A stretch of DNA of 64,000 nucleotides, taken from assembly GCA_949358305.1 (NCBI GenBank), contig OX442314.1, forward strand, positions 32,922,001 through 32,986,000. Direction: 5' to 3'. Shown here in pieces: positions 1-9,813 of the stretch. Both the position numbers and the translations under genes were made by a program. The DNA comes from Strigamia acuminata. Lineage: Eukaryota. The notes beneath the pieces are model-generated. The model was not told where the DNA came from. It did not search any database and saw nothing but the letters and a program-made list of their open reading frames with translations. Every line of letters begins with the position of its first letter. The first letter of the stretch is position 1.

Positions 1-236
1 GTTTTCACTCCCGTGCGCGATTGCTGCTACGGGGTCTTTTGCACGCGGTATTCGACCCGTGCCGATAATTTTGCGACGGGTCCCGCGTTTCCACGCCATC
101 TCGTGACGCGAAGTCGACCGATATCCGCTTTGTTGGACTTAGCGAAATTTTCAGAGTCTCGGATTTTGATGGCTAGCGCTGCCGATCGGTCATTTTTTTT
201 TTGTTTTTCAGCGTCGCCATCGACTCGTAACGTTTT

Positions 237-3200
237 CTACTCCTTTCCTACGACCTTTCCGTCTTTTATAAACGGATTACTTCTACGGGGCCGCAGGTGA
301 TGAGTCGAGACAGGTACGACGTTTTTTGTTTTTAGTGTCTGTACCTCCTCATTATTGTTTTCTTTTTTATCCGTGTTTTTTATGTTTGTTTCAGGAGTTT
401 CTCCTGTTTCCCCCCCGACCAAAATTGGATCCGGAACGGATTCAACTATCTCGTTTACCGGAGGTGAAGGGGCGTCGAAATACTCCTCGTTGTCACTTGG
501 CGGTGCTTTTTCCGACTCGCCAGCGAACATATCGACGATTTGGCCGTCAGTTTTAGACTTGACTTGGCCTTTGGCCCACATTTCTTGCGGGAATTCCGGA
601 ATGTACGGAGTTAACTCTCGTACTTGTATCGATTTATGCTCGGTATTGTCCTCGAGCTTACGTAATTTATACGCGTTACCGCCATGCTTGCCGATGATCA
701 CATACGGACCATCTCTCTTGTCGGCCAAGTTGGCGGTGATTCCTCTCGCTGCATTTGAGAGGGTGTGTGCATCTTTCCACACCAAATCATTGATCTCGAA
801 ATTCACGAATTTTCCACCGCTTTTATCTTGTAAAATGCGGTCGCGCATGTTAAAAATGTGCGCCATCATATGTTTGTATGTGCTCGAAATTGTTTGCTCC
901 AATTTATACACATACTCATGTGGTTTCTCTGGGTCCACCACATTTACCGACTCTGCCACTCGTGGGTCCCAAGGCACTCGTAGCTCTCGGGCGAAGTTGA
1001 GGTAGGCCGGAGAAAAATCTCTCGTCCTCGAGACTGTTGTTCGTATGCTGAACGCGATCTCCCTCAAGTATTCATCCCACCTATTGTGGATGTCAGTGAA
1101 TATGCTTAGTGCATATTTAATGTCCCTGTTGAGTCGCTCAACGGGATTTGTTCTAGGATTGTAGGTCGAAGTATGTGACGCCACAATCCCGAATTTTTTA
1201 CAAAACTTACCCCAAATTTTCGAGATAAATTGGGGTCCGTTATCGGATATTATTTTACGTGGAAATCCGTAACGTAACGCCACGTCGTAGATACATTCAA
1301 CGATTTTCTCTGCTGAAGGTCTAGCGACGGCGTACAACTCGGGCCAACGAGTCGCCACGTCCATTATAACGATAATGTACGCATTTTTATTTCCCGTAAT
1401 GGGTTTTGGGCCCATCACATCGACACTTAAACAATCAAAAGGCGCGTAAGGCCCTAAGAAGATAGTTTCGAATGGTGATTTACTCCTCGGCTTGCACGCT
1501 TGACATCGCTGACATTGGTGGACAAAAAGAGCAATATCTTTTTTCATCCCTGTCCAGTGAAACAGCTGTGTAGCACGATAGAGTGTTCTGCTTACTCCCG
1601 CATGGCTCGCAAGCGGGTGCCCGTGTAACAACCACAGCACGCGACCGATTAAGGAAGCAGGTATTACTACCTTTACTGCGGTGTCCGATTCACTCAAGTC
1701 ATCTTGGTGATTTGGGTGATGTTTCACCAAAAGGCCGTCATCCAATAGGTAATCTATGGATTCGTGTGCGTAACGACGCTTCTGCCTTCTGGTTAAGTTG
1801 GGCGGATATTTTCCTGTCAGTACGAATCTAGCTCTGTCCTGACATTTCTTGTCTACTTTTTGTTGCACAATTATTTCTTCCCTTGTCGGGGGATTGCTTT
1901 GCATCTGCTTGCCGACATGAGCGTGGAAGGCGCTTAGAAGCGGGTCATTTATTCTCCGCTCTAGCTTAAATTCCTTCTTTGCATCTGGGTAATTGTCAGC
2001 AGTTGGTTGGTATAACCGCGTCCAGAATCCACAGAATTTTACATCTGCCGGAGACGCGGTGGGAATTTCATTCATTTTCCTTAAATCCCAACGGTGACAA
2101 CTCGTAGGGCAATAAATGATGCGGGAGTCATCCTCGCCATCATCGTCAGCGTCGATTGGATCTGACACTGGTGCCCGTGACAGAGCGTCAGCCACGACGT
2201 TATATTTGCCGGGCTTGTATTGAATGGTCAAGTCGCATGCCATCAGTTCTAACTGCCATCTGGCTAGTCGACCGGCTGGCTCCTTTAATTTCATCAGCCA
2301 TTGTAACGCTTGATGATCTGTGTGGACCACAAATTTGGTATATTCGAGATAATCTCTGAATTTCCTTATGGCCCACACAACTGCCAAACACTCCAACTCT
2401 GTGGCGTTGTAATTTTTTTCAGCGCCTTGGAGTTTGCGACTTATAAACATGCACGGCAGGTCTTGTTCGACTCCGTCGCGCACGTGTGTTTGGAGCAACG
2501 CCGCTCCTAACCCAACTCTGCTGGCGTCCGTATGTAATATGAACGGCCGGTTTAAGTCGGGTAGAGGCATTACGCCGACTTCCGTCAGCATCCTCTTTAT
2601 CGCATTAAATGCGATGTTGCACTCATTTGACCATACAAATTCGTTTTCATTCTTCAGGAGGTCGGTAACTGGGGCTGCCACTTCAGCTAGACCCGGTAGC
2701 AACCTGCCGAAGAAGTTTATCATTCCCATAAACCGTTGGACACCTTTAACGTCCTCGGGTGGTGGGAAACGATTAATCGCATCGATTTTTTCGGGGCCAA
2801 TATCTAAACCATTGACTCCAATGCGATAACCCAGGAAGGCAAGCTCCTTTCGACAGAACTTGCTCTTGCCCGGGTGAACGTGTAACCCAGCTTTTGCCAG
2901 CCGGGTGAGCACTTGGTCGATGTGCTCAATGTGCTCTTCGAATGTTTTGGAGGCAATAACTATGTCATCTAGGTATGCCCACACAAACTGATGCAGGATA
3001 TCACCCAATACGCTTTCGATTAGTCTCTGAAAGGTACTGGGAGCGTTCACTAAACCAAATGGCATGACGTTGAACATCAACCGTCCAATTGGCGAGTAAA
3101 ATGCTGTTTTTATCTTATCCTCTGGCCTCATCTCAACTTGCCAGTATCCCTTCGACAGATCCATCGTCGTAACCCAAGAAAAGGGGCTAAGCTCTCTCAA

Positions 3201-3899
3201 AATGGATTCGATAGACGGCATCTGTATGGGATCTATTTCTGTCACCGCGTTTAATGGGCGGTAATCAATGCATAGGCGTGGGTCCGAGCCCGGGCGCATC
3301 ACGAGCACAACTCGCGTCGCGTATTCTCCCTGGGCCTCGGAGACAATGCCACTGTCTAGCATTTCTTGGCACATTTTTTGCACTATTTCACGTTTTTGCG
3401 GGTTCATTCCCTTATACGCAACTCGTATAGGTTTATTATCCGTCAATTTAATTTCGTGAATAGCCTTATTCGTTCGGCCCGGTTTTTTCGACAGGATCCC
3501 CTCATATTTAAGTAGGACCCTTCGTAGGGCTGCTGCTTCGTTTAATTCTAAAGCGGCGTCGGCGACAAGCGTTTCCACTACATTGTCCCGTTGCAATTCT
3601 GTTACGAATGCTTTAAAATCGTAATCTTGAACGAATTTCTTTAGGCCTTTTTCCCACTGTGTCTTGTCGGCCGCTTCTTTTACAAGAGCTGGTGGCACGA
3701 CAATTGCGGGTCTTTCCTTATCATTTCTGATATAATTCCAAGATTTCGTTATTGGATTTGGTTGTATTTCCATTGACGCCATGAGGTCTAAGCCCAACAG
3801 AAAAATTCTGTCGCATGTGGGCAGGACCAGGAAAGGGTGCTGTTCTACCCCTCCGAGCCACTCCATGGTCAATAATATAACTCCTTTTGGACGCGCCAT
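237..3899 (-). CDS. pol: Gypsy Pol, downstream part (end of protease, RT, RNase H, integrase)
   Basis: RLCIDYRPLN, MPFGLVNAPSTFQ, YLDD (RT); TDAS..GLGAAL, TDHQAL, ADALSR (RNase H); H..H..CQRC zinc finger, SDNGPQF, NPVERLN and GPY motif (integrase). Confidence 0.95.
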   Translation of the reverse strand: MARPKGVILLTMEWLGGVEQHPFLVLPTCDRIFLLGLDLMASMEIQPNPITKSWNYIRNDKERPAIVVPPALVKEAADKTQWEKGLKKFVQDYDFKAFVTELQRDNVVETLVADAALELNEAAALRRVLLKYEGILSKKPGRTNKAIHEIKLTDNKPIRVAYKGMNPQKREIVQKMCQEMLDSGIVSEAQGEYATRVVLVMRPGSDPRLCIDYRPLNAVTEIDPIQMPSIESILRELSPFSWVTTMDLSKGYWQVEMRPEDKIKTAFYSPIGRLMFNVMPFGLVNAPSTFQRLIESVLGDILHQFVWAYLDDIVIASKTFEEHIEHIDQVLTRLAKAGLHVHPGKSKFCRKELAFLGYRIGVNGLDIGPEKIDAINRFPPPEDVKGVQRFMGMINFFGRLLPGLAEVAAPVTDLLKNENEFVWSNECNIAFNAIKRMLTEVGVMPLPDLNRPFILHTDASRVGLGAALLQTHVRDGVEQDLPCMFISRKLQGAEKNYNATELECLAVVWAIRKFRDYLEYTKFVVHTDHQALQWLMKLKEPAGRLARWQLELMACDLTIQYKPGKYNVVADALSRAPVSDPIDADDDGEDDSRIIYCPTSCHRWDLRKMNEIPTASPADVKFCGFWTRLYQPTADNYPDAKKEFKLERRINDPLLSAFHAHVGKQMQSNPPTREEIIVQQKVDKKCQDRARFVLTGKYPPNLTRRQKRRYAHESIDYLLDDGLLVKHHPNHQDDLSESDTAVKVVIPASLIGRVLWLLHGHPLASHAGVSRTLYRATQLFHWTGMKKDIALFVHQCQRCQACKPRSKSPFETIFLGPYAPFDCLSVDVMGPKPITGNKNAYIIVIMDVATRWPELYAVARPSAEKIVECIYDVALRYGFPRKIISDNGPQFISKIWGKFCKKFGIVASHTSTYNPRTNPVERLNRDIKYALSIFTDIHNRWDEYLREIAFSIRTTVSRTRDFSPAYLNFARELRVPWDPRVAESVNVVDPEKPHEYVYKLEQTISSTYKHMMAHIFNMRDRILQDKSGGKFVNFEINDLVWKDAHTLSNAARGITANLADKRDGPYVIIGKHGGNAYKLRKLEDNTEHKSIQVRELTPYIPEFPQEMWAKGQVKSKTDGQIVDMFAGESEKAPPSDNEEYFDAPSPPVNEIVESVPDPILVGGETGETPETNIKNTDKKENNNEEVQTLKTKNVVPVSTHHLRPRRSNPFIKDGKVVGKE

Positions 3900-3934
3900 T
3901 CCGTTGGCGGTTTTTAGACGTATATTTTTATTAA

Positions 3935-4566
3935 CACTAGAACGGCCAGACCGGTCATTTTGACCGGAACAGCTGTTTAAACAGCTGCAGCAATAAACCC
4001 AATGGGTTTACGGTGCTGCTAATTTGTGACTTTAGCTGATTTATGATGCTTTATGTCATAAATCATCCAAAGTTGAATTTTTCTTAAGAAATAATAAAAA
4101 AAAAGTGAATTGACCTAGAACGGCCGAAACCGGTTAAAATGACCGGTTGAAATCACCTGAACAATACGTGCACCAAACTGCACTAAACGTGCACCAAACG
4201 TGCACCAAACGTGCACAATATGTGCATACAACGTTTTGGCATCAAACTGATTCAGTAACACGCGAAACTTGCGAAGAAAATACCAAAACAAAAATTGATG
4301 GCTTTTATAAAATCTGATAAAATTAAAAACGGAAATTTAATTTTATCAGGTTTTATAATAACCATCAATTTTTGTTTTGGTATTTTCTTCGCATATTTTG
4401 CGTGTTATTGAATCAATTTGATGCCAAAACGTTGTTTACACGTATTGTGCACGTATTGTAAAAGTATTTTGCACATTTGGTGCACGTACTGTTCACGTTA
4501 TTGCAACCGGTCATTTTAACCGGTTTCGGCCGTTCTAGGTAGGCCGAAATTCCGGCCGTTCTAGTG
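3935..4566. mobile_element. Non-autonomous piggyBac-type foldback element inserted in the Gypsy protease
   Basis: TTAA at 3931-3934 and 4567-4570; terminal inverted repeats CACTAGAACGGCC...GGCCGTTCTAGTG; internal near-perfect palindrome at about 4113-4540. Confidence 0.9.
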
Positions 4567-4570
4567 TTAA

Positions 4571-5021
4571 CGCCTTTTATCTTATCGGTGAGACCCAATG
4601 ATGCTACTATGTCTTCGGAAACGAACGAGCGATCTGCTCCCGAGTCTAGCAGTCCCATAATTTTTTCACGTTCTATTGTCATGGGCAACATGCATAGGCG
4701 GTTGGTGTATTCGACCGCCACGTTGCACATGAAAACACGAAATTCTTCTGTGTCTTCGACTACTTGAGGTAATTCTTCAAGCAGTAGGTTCGGTTTTTCC
4801 GCCTCAGCCTCAGCGTTTGCGGTAATTACCTGCAAAGCGTTGTTGGCCCTGTCTTGAATTTGGGCGTTAGCTATGTCACTACCCATTTCTTTGACTGGTG
4901 GCGGCTTATCGAACCCTTTGTTAAACCCCTTCTTATTCATGAATGGCGCAGACGGTCGAGAAGTTATTTCTTCGCCGCCTGCGCTGACTCGTTTTTTGAC
5001 TCGTTTTTTGCCATGGCGAGT
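4571..5021 (-). CDS. pol: Gypsy Pol, upstream part (aspartic protease N-half), in the -1 frame relative to gag
   Basis: LLDSGADRSFV protease motif. Removing 3935-4570 gives in-frame ...DKIKGVNKNIRLKTANGMARPKG..., joining the 237-3899 ORF. Confidence 0.88.
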
Positions 5022-8000
5022 TTAATCTCTGCCATTTGCTTCATTATTGCGTCAAATTTAGCGTCTTCTTTCGCTGTTCTTGGGCACTCATTGGAGTAGT
5101 GGCCCGGTTGGTTACACTTGAAACAGCGAATATTTGATTTGTCTCTTGGGGCTTCAGTCGATTTTTTCTTTTCAGGGTCTGCTTTCGACGGTGGCGTGTA
5201 ATTTTTCCGAAAATACTTCGGAATTCGGCCGGTATTTGGTTTTAACCTGGCGCGAAATTCTTCTACCGCTCTATCTCGATGGATGAGATGTACTAGCGGT
5301 CCTTCCTCATCGCAACCCGTTGATAAGGTATCGCGATAGCTTCGTATTTCTTCGTCCGTCGAATAATCGTCTTTTTCTTCTTTTTCGTCTGATTTTCCGG
5401 CATCTTGTCCGGCTTCCTCCCCCTCCTTGACCTCCTCCAGTGTCGCTTGCATGGCTGACGCTGTCGGTGCCTTTTTAGGGGCGGCCAAAGGGTTGGAAGG
5501 CAGCGTGGATGTCAGTTTATTTTTTATTTGCAAACCAACGCTAGCTTCTGCCAGCTCCATTATACCGCTAAGATATTCAGTAGGGCGCATAATCTTATCT
5601 GTCGCCCCATATCTTTCCGCACTCAACTTGAGACGGTTCGCGGTCGCTGCTTTCTCCGCTTCTGGTAAAGCGGAATAATACCTCTTCTCGATATCTATCG
5701 TGTTCTCGAACAGGAAGGCGCTCATCTCCTCGTAGCTACCTCCTGTCGGTGCCCTTTCTTCAAGTAGCACCCTTTGCGAGTATTCCGACAAACCGCCGAG
5801 AAAGAAAAGGTTGAATCCCGTGGCGTGAAATTCCATCGGGGCCTTTTCGAACAACAATCTGGCGCGAATGTCGTAATCCATTATGGTTTCACCAGGCATC
5901 TGGCGAAGACCTCGCATCTTTCGGCTCACCTCTTCGGGTGTCTCGCCGTAGCGCAGGTCGAATCTCATTAAAAAGTCGTCCCAATTGACGCCTTTCAATC
6001 CTTGGTACCACTCACGGGCCGAGCCTGTCATTAGCTCGACAATACCGTGGGTGAGCATGTCTCCTACGGTGGCTTTAGTGGCAGTCTTAATTCGAATTAC
6101 TTCGTCAAGGAAGCGATCTCCCGCTTTCCATGACCCGTCGAAACGGTTCTGAATATAAAATTGCCACCTAATATTCCCGGTAACACTCATGGTGTCACGT
6201 CGGGAGACAGCGTATTTTTTCTTTACGCGGTCACCAGTGCTATGATTACGATCGTTTCGTTTGCTCAGATCGATTCCCTCGGCTTTTAACGAGCCAAGTA
6301 GTGCTCTTCCAAGCTCTCCCATCGTATACTGCCGACCCGTCGAATCGGTAAACGCGCTTTGTCGGGGAAGGTCCTGAAACTCCTCCCGTCGGTGGTCGCT
6401 ATTTTCCGATCGACGTCGTTTCTCTCTATCGCGCGGAGAGTTGGATCTCTTCCGGCGATTACTTGATTTATCCTTTCGTCTGTCGTCGTTGGATGAGGGG
6501 TCGGAGCTGGGGTCGGGAGACGGTGAGCGGCGTGGCGGGTTGCGCCGTGAAGAGTTTGACTCTTTCCGGCCCCTACGACGGTCGTCACGTTCCCTTTCCC
6601 TGCGTTCATCGCGTTCTCTTTCCCTTCGTCTTTCTCCGGAACCTCTCTCCGAATCGTGATGACTGGGTGCATTTGACTCCAGTTCATCTGACGACGAATC
6701 ACTATTTCCGTAGTGAAAATATTTCGGTCTTTCATCGCGTTTGCCTTCTTCTCGCGAAGAGGTGCGATCATGCGATTGTCTCCTTGACGACTCGTCGTCT
6801 TTAAGGATAGGCACTGGTCGTTGCCACTCAGTCCCTTGTGGATTATCATGCTGTTGGCTTGTGAGAGCTTGCTCTTCATTTCGCCTAGCATTATTAGCGT
6901 TGATTAACCGCGTTATCGCATTATTTGTGGCTGAATCGAGAGCTTGCATGCGGGGCCGAGTTTGTTGTTCTCTGGCCGACGCATCTCTCTTGCGCGGAGT
7001 AGCTGGTGTTGCCCTCTCCGGCTGGGGTTTGGGTTTGGCCTTCGGCGTGCGCTTTGGGTCTCCCTCTAGGCTCTCGTCGGACAGCTCGGATGAACTGATC
7101 TCTGGTTTGCGAACGGATTTCGGGTCATCTCGTCGCAATCTGGCCATAAATGCTCGCTCTGCTTCTTGTTGCGAGTGGAAAGCATATCGATGTGCTCTCA
7201 GGGCTCGGTCAACTATTTCTACCTCCTCGGGAGTAGTCGGATTGGGCTGGGTTCTGCCGTACTCGAGAGCTTGCGCTTCTCTTTCCGCCAGCTTCCTCCG
7301 TCTCTCGCGAATGGCTTGTCGAGCCTCATTCTCTGCATCCGCTTCAAATTGAGCGGAATCAACCAATTGTTGAGCGTGTGCACCTTCAACAATGGTGATT
7401 TGTGGGGATACACTGTGCGCTTTTAAAGCTGCACGTACGATTTGTAACGTTTCGTACACTGTAATCTTCCCCGTCGGAAGGGTGTATCTCACTCCCTCCG
7501 CTTGTGCCAATTGCATCGCATCAATCAAGGTGCCCGAGACGCTGTAAGGCTGGCTCGAAACACGCTTGACAGAGGACGAGTTGGACTTGTGCCCTTCAGA
7601 CATTACCGAGGCTGGTCGACTGTGCGTAATTGGCGTGTTTAGCGCTGAATTCGCTGTCGTGTCGGACGCCGTCCTTTGTATCGAAGACGTCGCTCTCGGA
7701 TCGCTCACCTCGGTATCGTGCGTTAGACGAGGCGATTGGTTACGGGATAAAACCTCGTTTCCGCTCGTCTCGCCGTCACGATTGGGACGCGGCGGTTTGG
7801 GGTGGGACGGATCCTCACTCCGCTCCGTCTCGTCTAATCGCTGCCTCGTCTCGGCGTGAGACGGGTGCGATGCCTCCGAAGCGCTTCGTCGGTCTGGCTT
7901 GGCCTTGCGGCGTTTTTGCCTAGACTCGTGCGCTGAGGCTTTGGGCAAAGGACCTCCCGACCTCAAATGATAGTCGGTTCCTTTGCGACTACCGGCTCGT

Positions 8001-8047
8001 TTGTTAACGTCTGAGTCGGAGTCTGTTACTCGAGTATTATCTGCCAT
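4964..8047 (-). CDS. gag: Gypsy Gag with long low-complexity R/S/E-rich N-terminal half
   Basis: C-terminal CFKCNQPGHYSNEC zinc knuckle; gag core MTGSAREWY...F..RY...LRQMPGETIMDY; first ATG at 8047 just after the PBS. Confidence 0.88.
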   Translation of the reverse strand: MADNTRVTDSDSDVNKRAGSRKGTDYHLRSGGPLPKASAHESRQKRRKAKPDRRSASEASHPSHAETRQRLDETERSEDPSHPKPPRPNRDGETSGNEVLSRNQSPRLTHDTEVSDPRATSSIQRTASDTTANSALNTPITHSRPASVMSEGHKSNSSSVKRVSSQPYSVSGTLIDAMQLAQAEGVRYTLPTGKITVYETLQIVRAALKAHSVSPQITIVEGAHAQQLVDSAQFEADAENEARQAIRERRRKLAEREAQALEYGRTQPNPTTPEEVEIVDRALRAHRYAFHSQQEAERAFMARLRRDDPKSVRKPEISSSELSDESLEGDPKRTPKAKPKPQPERATPATPRKRDASAREQQTRPRMQALDSATNNAITRLINANNARRNEEQALTSQQHDNPQGTEWQRPVPILKDDESSRRQSHDRTSSREEGKRDERPKYFHYGNSDSSSDELESNAPSHHDSERGSGERRRERERDERRERERDDRRRGRKESNSSRRNPPRRSPSPDPSSDPSSNDDRRKDKSSNRRKRSNSPRDREKRRRSENSDHRREEFQDLPRQSAFTDSTGRQYTMGELGRALLGSLKAEGIDLSKRNDRNHSTGDRVKKKYAVSRRDTMSVTGNIRWQFYIQNRFDGSWKAGDRFLDEVIRIKTATKATVGDMLTHGIVELMTGSAREWYQGLKGVNWDDFLMRFDLRYGETPEEVSRKMRGLRQMPGETIMDYDIRARLLFEKAPMEFHATGFNLFFLGGLSEYSQRVLLEERAPTGGSYEEMSAFLFENTIDIEKRYYSALPEAEKAATANRLKLSAERYGATDKIMRPTEYLSGIMELAEASVGLQIKNKLTSTLPSNPLAAPKKAPTASAMQATLEEVKEGEEAGQDAGKSDEKEEKDDYSTDEEIRSYRDTLSTGCDEEGPLVHLIHRDRAVEEFRARLKPNTGRIPKYFRKNYTPPSKADPEKKKSTEAPRDKSNIRCFKCNQPGHYSNECPRTAKEDAKFDAIMKQMAEIKLAMAKNESKNESAQAAKK
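4991..5009 (-). promoter_or_regulatory. Two tandem A_AAA_AAC slippery heptamers (putative -1 ribosomal frameshift, gag to pol)
   Basis: Minus strand reads gca aaa aac gag tca aaa aac gag. The -1 frame opens at 5021 and runs into the protease; gag stops at 4964. Confidence 0.75.
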
Positions 8048-8099
8048 TTCTTGCTTTGGGTATGATGTAATCACAGGTTAAAATCAGTTATTCAACTTG

Positions 8100-8117
8100 A
8101 TCCCGGACAGGCCCCCA
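8100..8117 (-). promoter_or_regulatory. Primer-binding site, tRNA-Pro-like
   Basis: TGGGGGCCTGTCCGGGAT versus the canonical tRNA-Pro PBS TGGGGGCTCGTCCGGGAT; lies 2 nt after the LTR-terminal CA. Confidence 0.75.
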
Positions 8118-8119
8118 CG

Positions 8120-9133
8120 TGTCGCGCCCCTACTTCGCTCTCGCTGACTCGTGGGTTGATTACTTAATTCGACTAACTCACTACCGCTTTGCTCAAGCGG
8201 TTTACCCAAAGAAATGATTACACAGATATAAAAGGTAAAATATAATATAGATTTATTCTGTGGGACAATGTACAGATATATCTTATATATATATATGAAA
8301 GGTAAGTAAAAGGTAAATCGGAATGGGTGCTGGGAATGGAAAGGTAAAGGTAAGATGAAAGCTGGCTGGAATCGGCGAGGTCGTCTGTTGTCTCGTTCGT
8401 GTCCAAGATGGCGTCCTCGTTGTGGCAACGTGATGTTGTCTTGGGCCGGCGTGGCAATATGGCGTCCTCGACTCGTCTCTGGCTGGTCCTTCGGGCTCAC
8501 GCTGGTCAGGCGCGAGTGAATGCTTAGTTAAAAGGCTTACTTCGGTCTGTTGTCTAGGTTTTTGTGTGGTGTCCGGCGATCACACAGCGGCGGACTCTTC
8601 TGGCTCCCGGCGGTCACACAGCGGCGGGAACACTCGTCGTTGTTTTACTGCAGTTTAGGCTTGTGCGACCGTTTGTCTGCACAACTCGCTAAACTGGAGT
8701 GGTTTTTACTATTTCTAGCTGGTGTGCTAAAATAGTGTGGTAATCTTATCTCGCAGGTTACTCTGCGGAGTTTGACACTGACCAAACGTACTCACGGTAA
8801 ATTGTCCTTTGTCCTTGGTCAATCCCAGTATATTTACTTGGGCCTGATCTTGTAGGACGACGGGTTTACGTGTGTTTCTCGTTTGATGGTTGTGTTGGTT
8901 CTGCCCGCTCAGTGCAAGGCACATTCCTTTGCACAAAGCGGGGTTGACAGGTGACCGGAATCACCCAATGGTGGGGTGGACGAGCCATCCCCACTCCCTC
9001 AGGGCAGACGCCTGTCCATTGACTAGATGTCAATGCACTGAGGGAAGGGAGACGCGCTTGCGGCTCCCCTTACACCCGAAACGAGGTCACGAGAGAAACT
9101 CTTCGTTGACCCCGGTCCAGTCGGGTCACCACA
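8120..9133 (-). repeat. 5' LTR (about 1.0 kb) of the Gypsy element
   Basis: Minus strand TGTGGTGACC...GGCGCGACA (TG...CA), bounded by the PBS on one side and an abrupt switch to BTB-gene sequence at 9134 on the other. Confidence 0.75.
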
Positions 9134-9355
9134 AAGGTTGGAAGTGATTGCTGGAGCATTGTTCCGTCGCCAAATATTCACGGTGATGTGTTTTTGTACA
9201 TTTGTTACGACGAAGACTGCCTGATTTTTACTAAAACAGATGCGGCGTACAATGTTTACTCTTTAAATACGATGAGAAAAGTTAACGAATACAAGTCGAC
9301 AACAAATTTTGATGGGTTCATCCACTTTGATGCTGCTGTTACGATAGAGTTTTAA
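9134..9355 (+). pseudogene. 3' end of a BTB-propeller family gene cut by the Gypsy insertion
   Basis: Translates SDCWSIVPSPNIHGDVFLYICYDEDCLIFTKTDAAYNVYSLNTMRKVNEYKSTTNFDGFIHFD, matching the C-termini of the 29487/33785/37056 ORFs. The 3' flank to about 9778 also matches theirs. Confidence 0.88.
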
Positions 9356-9813
9356 TAATTTCATTTAATTTTTACAGTTTGCAATTTATAATTTGAATAA
9401 ATAAACAATTTTAATATCTATATTTTAAATAATTTGTAACCTGTTTCCAAGTAACACCTAATCCTATGATGCTACATATGTTTATAACAGGAAAAAATTC
9501 CAAGTTTTCATTTTGTAAACATCTGATAAGTTTGTAACTACTTCTTTGTTTTTGTAATGTGATTTCTGAAAATGAATCCTGAAAATGAGCTTGCTTACAT
9601 GTGAATAAATAAAGTACTCTGTACATCCTCAAGATTTAAAAATTATTATTAGAAACGTTATTTCTTTTTTAAAGCTTTAATTTTGCTTACTTTATACGTA
9701 CCGGTATTACATTTTGTCTCTAAATCTTAATCTGAACTGTCAAAAGACATAAAATCACATTTTCTGCAGCACAGCGACGAAAGAGAGCCAAACCCCATAC
9801 ATCTCAGCGTTTT

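Larger units (their letters stand above)
1..9133 (-). mobile_element. Ty3/Gypsy LTR retrotransposon (5' LTR, PBS, gag, frameshifted pol); 3' LTR lies beyond the window start
   Basis: Order is LTR (8120-9133), PBS, gag with CCHC knuckle, then protease-RT-RNaseH-integrase, the Gypsy domain order. Confidence 0.95.

Noticed and set aside
4413..4940. Standalone 175-aa protease ORF
   Set aside because: Its C-terminal ~50 aa come from the inserted piggyBac-type element; it is the 5' part of pol.
8084..8500. 138-aa ORF upstream of gag
   Set aside because: Lies within the LTR/PBS, non-ATG start, no domain similarity.
9160..9172. TGGCGACGG on the minus strand as a candidate PBS
   Set aside because: Falls in BTB-homologous coding sequence outside the LTR; the better PBS is at 8100-8117.
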